Of a DNA stretch of 64,000 nucleotides, positions 40,078 through 52,430 are shown one piece after another (within the stretch, counting starts at the first letter, position 1; each line of letters begins with the position of its first letter). The stretch comes from Amphiscolops sp. MND2022 (taxonomy: Eukaryota): the NCBI GenBank assembly GCA_964187785.1, contig OZ076409.1:85190001-85254000 (forward strand), written 5' to 3'. The translations under genes and the position numbers were made by a program. The notes beneath the pieces are model-generated. The model searched no databases, was not told the DNA's origin, and saw only the letters and a program-made list of their open reading frames with translations.

Positions 40078-42468
40078 GATCATCGGAGATCCATCGTAGT
40101 CCTAAAGTTTTCCCGGAGTGTACACTGAGTCTCCAAAACACCCAAAACCCTATGTACCAGAAATCTCACGGAAAATTTTATATGTTTTTTTTCGAACTCC
40201 CTACATTTGACCCCGCCAATAAATTAAAAATTTCAACAGTATTCCACAAGCAAAAAAACAGGCGGTTCCCATCAAAGCTCAAAAAATGACATTTTGAAGA
40301 TCCTATACTACTTGTATAATTTTGGACTAATCGGAGACTCATTGTACAACAACACTTTCGACTAAAGTCGCGACTTTTCTTCAGCGTCCACTTCTAATTT
40401 TCTCCTCAAAGGAAGTGCTAGCACGTGCGAACGTGTATAGTTACTTTGAGTGAACTAATATTAGCAGGTGTGAAAATTTCGAGTCTTTTTCTATTTCAGA
40501 GACGCTGTGTACACTTATTAAATTATTGACAGGTGTCATTTTCTCTTACAGCTTCCTTCTGATCAGTCGGTCTAAAACTTTGAACGAAAAATTGTTTTCT
40601 GACTATAATTGTTCCAATACATTACCATGAGCGAAGAAGAGACATTACAACCAACAGTTATTGGTATTTTGGGGAATGAGACCTCGGAAATGATCGATCG
40701 ACAACTAGCTGAAATGTCAACTTTTGACCTGAATACCACCTCAGATCTCGGTCTACAACTCTCCCCCGCCGCTGATCGTTCGGCGGCAACTTCTACACAG
40801 GTTGAAGTTCCTCTAGAAGAAGAACCAACCCATGGGCAGGCCAATTTGACTTCCAAACGGCGAGAAAATTACAAAAAAACATCGAAGGAAGCAGTACGTG
40901 ACTGTACAACTTGCCGCAAAAAAGTCGCAAAAATAGGACAGCACCTTGAAAAAGTTCATAGAAACCTTCTACCAGAGCACCGGAAGTTCTTGAAGTCGTT
41001 CTTTTCTACTAAAAACGCCCGCGGTCCAGTTTCGCAGTGTGTCAATTGCCCTTTGAGGATGACGAATCCCAGGAGACACAATAATGATTTCCCTCGACAC
41101 ATCATCCTGAAGGTCAGAAATAAGAAGTCGGATAAAGAATTCCCACCCCAGATACGGGAGTTGTCAGAAAGAAATGATTTAAGGCCTAAATCTGCTGAAT
41201 TGTTGGAGGAGTATTCCAAAAAAGGAGTTACTTGCCATCAGACATTGATAATCAGAGACGCTGTGTGCAGTATCGAAAATTAAACCGAAGACGACCATAT
41301 GGATACCCCGTCATAATCCGACCCCAATGATGCACGAATACCTCAGCATGAACTAGAAGGTCTGAGCCCTTCATGTTCGAGGACAATTGAAGACGATGAC
41401 GCATATATAACAGACCCTTTGAATACATCCCCGTCCGAGAATACACTTGAATCTTTGGATACAGCACCTCAAAGAGGTGTTTGTGCTAACACAAACTCGA
41501 ATTCTGGGTTGTCAACTTGTAGCATTTTTCCCCCAGTTCCGTTAAATCTAGGACACGAATAATAACAGTTCCTGGAAGGTTTGTCAAAGCAGAAACTCGA
41601 GTGAATCCTGTTTTGAAGAATTGCACTGAAGAATGCGAATGTTCAAGGGGCCACGAGAACCACTGCATGCAAGCATAATTCGTTTTTTTGGTCTCCTGAG
41701 CAAAGTAGATGGCAAATTGTCCAAATCAGAGATTAGGAACCTCATGCTGTTAATGAAAATGAATTTGAAGACCAAAAAGTTGTGCTCACCAAAGTGTACT
41801 GACAATAAAATAACATTTGCTAGCATTTGGACCTTTAAACTATTAGTTCCGTCCAACCAAAACTTTATTCAAACTTTCATTTATTGTTACGGAATGGTTT
41901 TGCATTCATTCCAATGTTCAAGTTTTGGTATTTGTTGATTTAACTGAAGAAACATTCCCATGTTTCTCTTTTTTTGATGTAAACCCAGGATCTCTAATTT
42001 TCCTAGCTGGTACACAGCGTCTCGATTTTTTAAAATCAAAACCATAAACGAAAGGTATCTCGAAACTGACGTTGTACGTGGCGAATACGTTCCCTAGGCG
42101 AACTTTAAATCCATGGTTGGAAGTTGATACAACCAACTTTTGCACCGTACTTGAAGTCTCCGATTTTCATTTTGCTGTACACAGAGTACTACATTTTCAC
42201 AAATTTTGTACGCCGAGTCTCCATTTTTTATATTTTCAAGCTGATTACCCCGTTTTTTAAACGGCTCTCAAATTTCTCCTAAAACTCGTTGTAGCAACGT
42301 CAGATTCCGTCTGTGGGTCAAGAATTAAGTTGACTAGAATAGCCGAACATAAAAAACGATAATCTTTTGGTATTTTTTGTAACAAAACGAGGGAAAAGCA
42401 CCTGAAAATTGGGACCCTGTACATACATTCTCTAATGATCGAGGGCCGATACACAGCGTCTATAATGG
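40078..42468. mobile_element. 2.4-kb insertion of unknown class inside the (ATC)n tract
   Basis: The host element reading frame (...ETESENDDDD / DDDEEEEIPEE...) resumes on each side; the insert has no counterpart in the paralog at 17546-18304. Confidence 0.8.
40627..41283 (+). CDS. Putative C2H2-like zinc-finger protein, probably truncated or decayed, in the 2.4-kb insert
   Basis: ACCATG start after splice acceptors at ~40499 and 40551; motifs CTTCRKKVAKIGQHLEKVH and CVNCPLRMTNPRRHNNDFPRH. Confidence 0.55.
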   Translation: MSEEETLQPTVIGILGNETSEMIDRQLAEMSTFDLNTTSDLGLQLSPAADRSAATSTQVEVPLEEEPTHGQANLTSKRRENYKKTSKEAVRDCTTCRKKVAKIGQHLEKVHRNLLPEHRKFLKSFFSTKNARGPVSQCVNCPLRMTNPRRHNNDFPRHIILKVRNKKSDKEFPPQIRELSERNDLRPKSAELLEEYSKKGVTCHQTLIIRDAVCSIEN

Positions 42469-42571
<103 letters not shown>

Positions 42572-42687
42572 TTTCCGATTCTGTTTCGGTACGCTTTTTA
42601 TTCTGAACTATTCTGAGCTTCCCTTTCAAAATAACTCGTAGGATTTCGTCCCACTTTCCGTATTTGCCATCTAGTTCTCTCAGACAG

Positions 42688-44883
42688 TGTCGAACCCATG
42701 CTGTTGGGCCGGCTTTGAAGGACCTTTTGAGCTAGACGGCTGAGATTCGTTATTGTTCTTGCTTACAATCGCCATCATTAAGTCCTTCAGTTGACTGAAC
42801 TCCTGGTGTAACTCGTTAATTCGGCGTTCATAACTTTCTTTTATTTCAGATAACTGAGAAGAGATATCTGAATTGTCGTTGGTGTCAGAATCATTTGAGT
42901 TTTCCTGGGCCATGTCTGGATCTGCAGGAGATTCTATTTCTGATGAGGAATCATTGACTCTGCCACTTCTTAGTACAGTTCCTTGGCCTTGGTTCATATA
43001 GATAAGTGAAAAGACTTGTGAGTGAAGACTGAATTTTCTGAGATGTTATTTGGATGTATTTTGCTGTTTTATATCAATTATGCGATCTCGAATTCACTAC
43101 TTTTGAACTGAGATGAATTGGAGATGAATTGTACAAATAAACAAGTGTCAAGTGATTCGAAGGAATTTAGTGAAGGTAGGTAGGAAAGTTCATCTGGTTC
43201 TAATCGCAATGTAGGTTAATCAACGAAATTACTCAGGTAGTCGCGTTATGGTTTCAGAGATGAATTGAGGATGTATTTTTCGAGTAACGTTCTTGCGTGA
43301 AATATCAAACTGTGCGGTAACTTATCGTAATTCGGTCTGAGTAATCTCTAATGGCGGCTTAAACTACAGCAGTTCACGTGTCTTTTCATGCTGGTAAGAC
43401 GCTAAATCACTTACCAGCCTCTTCTCATTGGCTACTGCCGGTTGGTGCTAATTGGTAAGTCACGTGACCGGTGTTGTGAACTGCCGCAGGGTGGCCACGC
43501 ATCATGATCAATCTACATATGTGTAAATGGTGGTTAATCATCGCTTTACAGTGCCATAATTGCCTGCACATACCACAAATGGTCTCTATATCAACGAAAA
43601 TGAGTTCAAAGTATTCAATAGCACACTGGTTTCAAGTCAAATTAGGGTAAAATGTATTGCGAGATAGGAAAACTATGTTTTCCAGTTGATTCTAGCACTA
43701 AAATCGATATTCTGCAATTGAGGATGGATATGCGATGAAATATAGTCTTTCTCGCCCAAAATTCAGCACTATTTTAAATGGCGATGGTAAAGGGATGAAC
43801 TTCCTCCATTAATCACCAATTTCCAGCACAAACTAGATTGACGATGAGTTTAGGATGGATTCATTCGATAAACTGCTAGATCTAGCGCAAAGTAAAATCA
43901 GAGATGAGTTTAGGATGAACTCATTAGATAAAACAGCAATTTTCAGTGCAAATCAAATTAGCGATGAGTTTAGGATGAACTCAGCTAATAAAGTAACAAA
44001 CTCTAAGGCAAATCAAATTAGCGATGAGTTTAGGATGAACTCGTCCACTAAACTGGCAAATTCCAGTTCAAATAAAATCGGGATGGAAATAATGATGAAT
44101 TTACCAAACAAATCAGATAATTCAGCACATTCACTCTTTTTGGATGAATTAGGGATGTACTTTCTCATTCTTTCTTTCTGTTTACTAGTCAGGAGATGAA
44201 TAAGGGATGCGTTACTGTCTTTCAAAAATGAGAAAGTACATTGGAAGTTTCTAAATGAAATGCATCGATGAAATTAAGATGAAGTTACTAAAATAAAGTC
44301 CCATAAAATCCGCTGATGGATAAGTGATGAAAATCAGTTTAAAGTCCCAATCGTTGTTCACCCGCAATTTCTGAGATGAAATTGCGATGAACTTCATACA
44401 AAATAGCTCCAAATTAAATCCGCTGATGGATCTAACGATATCGTTCAGTCAAATTGGGTTCATCGTTGAATCCGCTGATGGACTAACGATGAACTTTATG
44501 AAAGGGTTGTCACGACTACAAGTCCTGAGGCGGGGAGCTAGGAGAAGTTACACATCTCATTACTTTCAATATCTCTTGGTCCAGTCTGACCGGAAAACTT
44601 CTCTCCCTTGTCGTGACAAACCAATATTTATGAAATATAGCACATTCAAGACCATTTGGCAAGATCATTTATGCGGACACCGGAAGTAGAGCGCTCAGTA
44701 TTAAGTAAATATATATAACTCAAACTCATGGGGGAAATGGGGATTAAGTATAAGTAACGTAGGGTTGCTCACAACCATAGATCTTATTATATGACATCAT
44801 ATTGCCCATATCTAAGTACATAAGACATAATATTTACATTACAGATATTTAGTAATCTATATTTCCATCATGCTGGCATGACA
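42688..44883 (-). repeat. 3' LTR of the giant element (2196 bp)
   Basis: TGTCGAACCC...GCATGACA; differs from 59003-61166 by scattered substitutions and a 32-bp indel (~43202-43233). Confidence 0.97.
43723..44160 (+). repeat. 60-bp-period array of GATG-N7-GATG in the LTR (duplicated at ~60006-60441)
   Basis: Motif at 43723, 43783, 43843, 43903, 43963, 44023, 44082, 44143; central units share GATGAGTTTAGGATGAACTC. Confidence 0.95.
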
Positions 44884-46054
44884 CTCCCCGGGGTGGGTTT
44901 TGGATTGAGAGTGCAGGGGCCAAATGTGCAGAGGATGGTTGTCTCGGCGTTGGCTTCGACTGCTTCCTTCGTTCGGTTGGGGAGAAAATGACCTTCGTTA
45001 GTTCTGAATTGGTATGTCCTTCGTTTGTTCTGTCCTACGTAAATCTTCTCTGAGAAGAGGACTTTCGGCAATCGTCACATCTGGTTTTATTCTGGGTGAT
45101 TTCGGTTAAATTTTCTCGACGCGGCAACTCTAGTTCTTGGCCCATCGAATGCCCGCTGATCTGCATTTCATTGGTTGTCATGCTTTTGACGGGAGATCGG
45201 TCTGCTGATAATTTCGGTGAAAATCTCAATTTTTCTTCGGACCGCCTACGCTGAGTAAATACTACTGTTAGCTTCATTGACAATATGGCAGTAAAGTGGC
45301 GCCGCCAATTGTCTGCTAGAAACTACTCGAGATGAATGGACGATAAATTGTTTACTCAGCGAGGCATCGATGTTGACTTAGCATAGACTGGCGCCGCTGC
45401 TCTGTTGTCAAATTCCCGTGATAGGAAAGAGATGAATTGTTGTCATAGAAACTGCCGTTGTCGCTTCCGCTGCCTGACTTCTCAGCGACGAGGAAGAGAT
45501 GAATCGTCGCCATAGCAACCACTGCTTGTCTTGATTGGCTGAGGACTGAATTTTCTGAATGAAAGAAATCCAACCGATTGTCAATAACATTCTCATCCGA
45601 TCCGTGAATCGTCTTTCGTTTAGTCGGTTTGAAAATCGCCACGATTTCCTTTGCGCTTTTTCCGCTCAACTTCATCGACATTGATCTGAGACTGACAGCT
45701 GTCAACAAATCAAATACTTGAAGCTTTTGTAGTCAAGTGCTAAGAGTGGACGATCCATTTTTCTGAGAAGTTTTGAACTGGTTGTAACTGGGAAGAAAGA
45801 GTGTAGTCAGTCTTTGAAATCGGAGAGTTTTTCATCGATTTTCCATCGTTTGAATTCAAGTATTTGCTTTACTCTGGCATTCAAGCTGCATTCGCGCTCT
45901 TTGATATTTTTCTCGTGAAATTGTTTTCCTCGTAATCATGGTTGATCAGGCCATTTAATTACTGATCAAATTCCTGTCCTGAGTTCTTCAATTTCGTTCC
46001 TTCCTTCACTCTCTTCCATTCCTTTTCAGATTGTTTATTGCAATTTTCTTCAAG

Positions 46055-49000
46055 ATGTCAGACATCCACTCAGTCTACTCGTTACCAGAGACCGAGGCCA
46101 CAGAAAGTAAGTGCACTATTTTTCCTTTCCTTTCACAAACGGACTAGGGACAACTAGGTACTGAAAACACATCTTGCTTCAGCTGACTCAGTCCATTCTG
46201 TTGGCATCGTATCTGAGTTAACGACCCTTCAAACTGTGCCGCCGCAAGAAGCTCCAGCAGTCCAGCCAGCTATTGCTGAACCCCAGATTGAGCCTGACCA
46301 ACAGATTGGTCAGCCAATTAATGTCCCGTATCTGCCGCAGTGTAAGTACTGTCCTTCCAGATTTTTCAATTCAGTCCACAATCCTCTCGTTCCTCATTCC
46401 TGATCCACCCAGACGCTGACTCCTTCCATTTGGTGTTTTAGACCACTTTCCTTGGTATGCCTCCCTCGGAAGTATCACCTTCGGGTGGTACGACCGTTAC
46501 TTGCGGGACATGCTGCGAGACAGTATACAGCAATTCAGTGAGTCTACTCCTTTTCTATTTCCTCTACTAGTAGGGCGTCGTCCGGGCACTCCGATGTAAT
46601 TCCGATGTTTCCATCTCATCTTCATGTAGTGCCTTTTGTGGTCGATTAGCCATGTAATTCATTCTCGAGATGAGTTTTTTGGATGTGCTGTATGTACTCG
46701 CAGTCCTTGACTGATCCATCGCAAATTCCATTTTTTGAAGATGGATTTGGGATGAATTTTCTTCGATCTTCCTTCTTCACGCGGCTTACGCGCACTTTCT
46801 TCTCCAATCTTCGTCGATTGATTACTGTTTTCTATTTACAGGTCCCACGCCGATTCATGCTCCCAGACCACGTCCCATCTCTTATTCCATCGGGATTGGG
46901 ACCAGTGACTTCGGTGGTGACAGTGTTGATGCCAGCACTCAGGGAGGACCTCCCCAGCTTAATCTTTCCTCGTTCTTCCAAGATCTGTGTCCGACTGGTA
47001 CGAGTTCTCCTGTTATGCGGGCTCCAGTGTCTGTGCTATCGCCAGTTTTGAGACGATCCTTTACTGTTGCCAGTCCTCCTTCTGTTCGGGTCACTCTCTG
47101 TCAGGGTACTTCTACTCGCGACGAAGTGGAGTACGTGGAGGTGGCAACTGACACTGGGATCACCAATGCTGACAAAACTGTGCAGGCGGTCGTAAGTTAC
47201 TGCGACGTCGGTACAGTGTATGATCCTCCAACTGCGCCCGCACCTGTTGCCTCTGTGCCCGAAGATGCTGTGCCGGACATTGATGTAGTTGCTTCAGGAC
47301 CAGCTTCTCTAACCAACCTCGAGTCATCTGTAGAAATTCCTGATGACTTCACTGTTGACGGTTCTCTTGCTGCTCGTTCAGAATCGGGTGACGCTGGTCC
47401 TGCGCCAGGATCTGGTCCAGAGGAGACTTCGCCACTAGGGGCCAGCCTCATTGACTCTGCTGATGAGCCTATCGCCTCTCGTTTGCCAGGTTACCTAAAC
47501 AGCTTTAAAACCTGCGAAGTATCTGCTTTACAATTTTCTTCCGTTCATCTTTCGCATTTTTCTTTTCACTTTCATTAGCAGTCCAGATTTTCAGTCCCTC
47601 CATCTATTTCCCATCGTTTTAGAACTTTCATCAGATGTTTTGCTCAAATTTTTCACTTTTCATCATTTTCTCATCGTTCAAAGTTTTCAAGCATGGTGTT
47701 TTCTTCCTTTTCACATTTTAGCCATTTTTTACTATTTTCCATCTTTTACATCCTTGGAATTTTCTCGTTCGGGTTTTAGTTTATCGCTTCGTCATTTCTT
47801 TTCGTTTACATCTTTTTTTCATCCTTTGAACCTTTTGTTTCCAAAAGTTTCAGTTTTTCGTCCTTGTAGCCTGTAAACACATCTCTTTTTCATCCTATCG
47901 TTTTTTCTTCGTTTTTCGCTTATATTTCCCAATGAAAATATTATTTTACATCATTTTTTCATCACTCCGGGTATGTCTTTCGAAGTTTTTGATTGATTTT
48001 CTACTTTTCATTTTTCTAGGATGTGTAGAGGATGGGTTTGACAATTTCGGTGTTCGTTTTGTTTTAGGAAGGAAGATTCTCAAACCTTCCTGGTTTGATC
48101 ATGCTTATTGCGGAGTGGCACTTGGGTTTGCCAAGGATCATCAAACTCGAGAATCGTTTGTGCGGTGCCTGCTATGTAAGCAGGACGTGAGAATAGCGAG
48201 CCGCGGGATTACGACATTTTTCGAACACTGTCGTGGGCTGAGGCACCATCGATTGGACTGCTTGGTGCGCTTGCGACGTGGACTGGCATTGAGAAAACGC
48301 GATGGTACGCTGATGTATGAAAGTGAGTCCGAAGCGTGCGCAGCAATGTTGGTCGGCGAAACAGTACCGATAGTGGAGTCATGCCCTAGTGTTACCGTTC
48401 TCGAGGCTCTGCAGACTGAGGCGGCCGGCAGGTCCGTGTGGGGCGAATTGCGTGCAGTGGACGACGATCAGCATATCGAGAGTGTGAGATTGTTCGTGTG
48501 CCTTGTCGCGGATGCCATCTATCGTGATTGCGATTTCTCAAGCGTGACACATCTGTGGGACCTGATGGTGTCCTCAAATTCCCAGCATGCGGTGTTGTTT
48601 GGTGCAGCGTGTCGAGAAGCGGACGTAATGGTTATTATATTTAATGTGTTGTATTTCATGTTATATGTTACATGTATATGTGGTCACTAGTAGGCAAAAG
48701 GTTGTTTCTTGGTTTCGGGGTTTGCATGAAAATTTGGGTAATGTATTTCGTGTAAGTCCGTTTTTTTGTGTTTAGAGTTTGGTCCTCATGGGGTTCTGGC
48801 CCTATGTCATGCGGCGTGTGCTGAGCTTGTGGGCAGAGACTGAGTTCACTCGTTTCGGCTTAGCGATTGTGGGCGACAGGGTTGTGGGCACTGTCAATGT
48901 ATGCACTGCAGAGGGGCTTGCCAGTTATGTGGTTTTGTCCTTTAATTACGCACAAGACTGGGAACAGCGTGTGGTCGTGTGGATGGTGAATTTGCTCTGT

Positions 49001-50642
49001 TGCGCTGTGGTGCAGGTTTCGCCTGTCGGGGTCAGTTGCAGTCTTCTACCCAGATTGGAAGATGTGCTGTGGGAAATTCCGGGCTAGGAGCTGTATCACT
49101 CGTTCCTCTGCGGATTAGTGATTTGAACAAAGTTCTTGTTGACGCGAGTGTGCGCGTTATGGGTGGAGTTGATGTTCACTCCTTGCTCAATCATTTGCAG
49201 ACGAGAATGAGAGACTTCGTGCACGATGACGGACTTTTGTCTTGTCCGAAGTTATTGCAAGTGAGTATGTGTTATGTGTTGGCTTGCCTAAATTCGTGCG
49301 TGTTTTTGTTTTCGTTTACTTAAAGTGTGTGAGTGGTGGGTCTTGTAGAGGATTTTTATTCGTTTTGATGTTTTCTTTTTTAGTCTGTGCTAGAAGGTGA
49401 AGTCACACTTTGGGATGTACCTGAGGTCTTGACGGAGCTCCATACGCATTGGTCAGACATTGTTGTGCTACTGAGGGTGCCTAGCAGTTCTGGAGTGTCT
49501 GACGCATTAGACTTTGTGTTGAGCGGCGATCCTAGTGTGTCTCTTCGTCTCCATGCTATGTCGCTGGTGTTTCGTGCTCGTATGTACAGTTTAGGTTTTT
49601 TATATTAAGTCATTTGCAGGGGGGAACGTGAATTTACAGTTTAAAATCTAGTTGTAGATCGTGGGGGTGAGTGTTTTATACACATCTGTATGAATTTTTG
49701 TTTGCTTTTAGTCGTCAACTCTTATCGCTGGAGCTTCAGTAGCTGTGAATTGCGGACTTCACATTGGGCTTATGAGAGTTCATGTTTTGTGCATTCTATC
49801 TTGTCGTACTTAGTGGAGGAATCAGAGCTTCCTGATGTGGTGGATGTACGCGCTAGTCTGTGCATCGATCTTGATGGACTTGTGGTTTCGGGAACCAAAT
49901 TGAATGCCCTTCGTGAGGAGTTTGTCACGCACCTGGACTGTTTTGAGTGCCCTGATATTTTTGAGGAGAGTGTGGCTCTAGTGAAGGACTTCATGCTGAT
50001 GGTCGTGGCTGAGATTTTGGGCGTACGTGGAATGAAGGAAGATGTGACCTTCCATATGAGCGTTTGTTGTCCTGCCGTGCTATTGTTGGGTGATCCTGAT
50101 GTGCTGTCAGCAGAAGTTAATCTGTTTACGGATCTCTTGGTCGACTTGAGACGAGTTACCGCGGTGGAGAAAAGGCGGTCGGATAGGAGCTTCGCTGTGT
50201 TCCTAGCTAAATTCCGTCAAATTACAACTGATGTGACTTCGGACAGTGCGAGCTCTGCGGTCAAGATTCTGCGAGCATGTGATCGTGTGTGTGCACAGCG
50301 GTTGTTCAGGTTTCTAATGTGCCTGAACGAGAGTCCGTTATTTCCACTGAGGACTGTTTGCAATCGCGTGGGCCAATTGCGGAGTGACATCACGACCAGC
50401 GTGTGCTCAAGTGTGTTGAGCTTTCTCAAAGCTCATTGCATACGGACCTACGAGAGTGTAAGCGGCCCCTATTGGAAGAATTATCGGAAGCATTTGGGCG
50501 ATTTACAACCCTGTCTGATGTGTCTGAAGACTTGTTATGGGACGATGTCGGTGTTGTGGCTGCAGAAGATTACCGCCAATCTTTATATGAATTAATGGGA
50601 TTCACCGTAGAGGGAGAACGTGCTCCGAGTCCGGAAATTTGA
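46055..50642 (+). CDS. 8-exon antisense cargo gene, ~1,050 codons: low-complexity N-terminus, BED-like zinc finger, helical C-terminal region (possibly hAT-transposase-derived); two 1-nt frameshifts
   Basis: Exons 46055-46106, 46183-46341, 46442-46537, 46842-47489, 48020-48624/48630, 48776-49260, 49384-49579, 49712-50642. All 7 introns are GT-AG with polypyrimidine tracts and matching phases (1,1,1,1,0,0,1). ZnF CLLCKQDVRIASRGITTFFEHCRGLRHH; frameshifts near 49080 and 50468. Confidence 0.85.
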
Positions 50643-52047
50643 ACATTGTAGCGTATTGGACTTTTGATTGATGTTTATTTTCATGTTGTATATTAGAATT
50701 AGTGATTGTATTATGCTGTAGTATAACCTGATGGGTGATCAATTCAATGTGCCACTGCTAGTGGTGTGTGGGGGGGGGGGGAACTGTTGCGGCGGAAAAA
50801 TCGGCGGCAGGTTTATTTACAGAAAAATTATTTGGCACCCGTTATTGTTTTTTCCTTGAGATACTAGTGATTGATATAATAGGTAGGAGAATTTAATGAT
50901 TGAACAAATGCGACTAATGGGTTACGTCTGTCAGTGTTTTCAAGGTTCATTTGTCATCGCTTTTACATCGCTTTTTCGTTGTCGGAAGTCTCAGATGGAT
51001 TTTCTCACGGTGTTCATCGTTGTTACATCTCATGTACGTGCAGGTAGTATATCAGCGTTCCGCTATTGATTTTTCATCTCATTTTTATCGTGTTTTCCTC
51101 AGTCGACCGAGCGACGTCACGAAAACTGTTTTCTCATCCTTTTTACATCGTTCGTTATGTAAAAGACATTGCATGTTGTTACATGTTTTTTGTTAGCATA
51201 ATTCATCGTCTTTTCATCGCGAGTTTGAATTCGCAAGCTTTTACACGTTGTTGAGTCTAGTTCATCTTCTTTTCATCTTACGTTTGAAATTTTTGTTTAT
51301 GTGCGCTTTTCGTGGCTATGTGATTATGACTTTTTCGGAAATGTGATTTTCGTATGTTGTGCAAGTGTTTTATCCATTTTATAGCGCGTCGGTATGATTT
51401 TCATCGTACTTTTAACTTTACATGTCATTTTGAAATTTTTGGTGTTCGTCGCAATGTTTTAATGGGTCTCCCCATTATTTGCTTGTTGATTATTTTTTGA
51501 TTTTGTTCGTCAAATTGGACAGGGCTTTGTCGTCACAAAGCCCCTACAAAACTAACTGAGAATCCACTAGCCGCTGGATAACCAACGCAGCAAGCTTCAA
51601 CCGAATATGGTTGTGAGCTCCCCGCCTCAACTAACCAGCACTCTTTTCAGAGAAATGCCAGCACGAAGGAATGTTTTTGGCTTTTCGATAGGGGTATTTT
51701 ACTTGTTATGAACTGATGTTTACCGGGGGGGCTCACTCCTTTATTCGTCTTGTGGTTGTTTCGTCAATTCTTATATTTTGCATGTAAATTAGTAAGCTTC
51801 ATGTATTTTCGATTGTTCGGTTCGTGAATTGTTGTCTAGGTGTGTTTGGATTGTATGTGAATTGCATATTTTATCTCCTTCGTTATAGGATGATACATGT
51901 GTGTGTCATTGGTGTGCTATTTATTTAGGTACATGTAATTTGGAATTGTCTGTTTACCGGCGTGACGTCATCAAGTTTTCTTGTATGTTTGTATTTACAT
52001 GTATCGGTTTGTTCGTTTCGATGGATTTCAGGTCTTCGATGGATTAA

Positions 52048-52430
52048 GTTCATCGCTTTCTCATCCTTTAGCCGAGCGAGAGTATTGCGGTAGTAAACGA
52101 TGAATGTATTGTCATGTTGATGGTGTTTCCCATCGCGAATTCATCTTTTGAGATTAATTTTCATTTGTTAAGGTGATTTAGACTAAGTTCATCGCTAAGC
52201 CATCCTCTAGCCGAGCTAGAGTATTGTGCTTGGTCTGACGATGAACTTTTTATTGAGTTGATGGTAGTTTCCATCACAAATACATCTTATCAGTTGTGTT
52301 CATATATTCAGTGAGTTTGTTGATCGAATTCATCGCTATTTCATCCTCTAGCCGAGCTAGAGTTTTATGGTAGGATGAATGTTGCTTTGTTCGCATTCTG
52401 ATGGTGTATTCCATCTCTAATACATCGCTA
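52048..52430. repeat. Three ~140-bp tandem units, each with two CATC-N7-CATC motifs
   Basis: TTCATCGCT....CATCCT.TAGCCGAGC.AGAGT at ~52049, 52188 and 52329. Confidence 0.9.

Noticed and set aside
43723..44160. CRISPR-like array (constant repeat plus variable spacer at fixed 60-bp period)
   Set aside because: Eukaryotic LTR context, no cas genes, repeats degenerate to GATG-N7-GATG, and the spacers resemble each other.
43855..44199. ORF with 20-aa repeats (DEFRMNS)
   Set aside because: By-product of the 60-bp DNA period; the other LTR copy terminates early (60139-60375).
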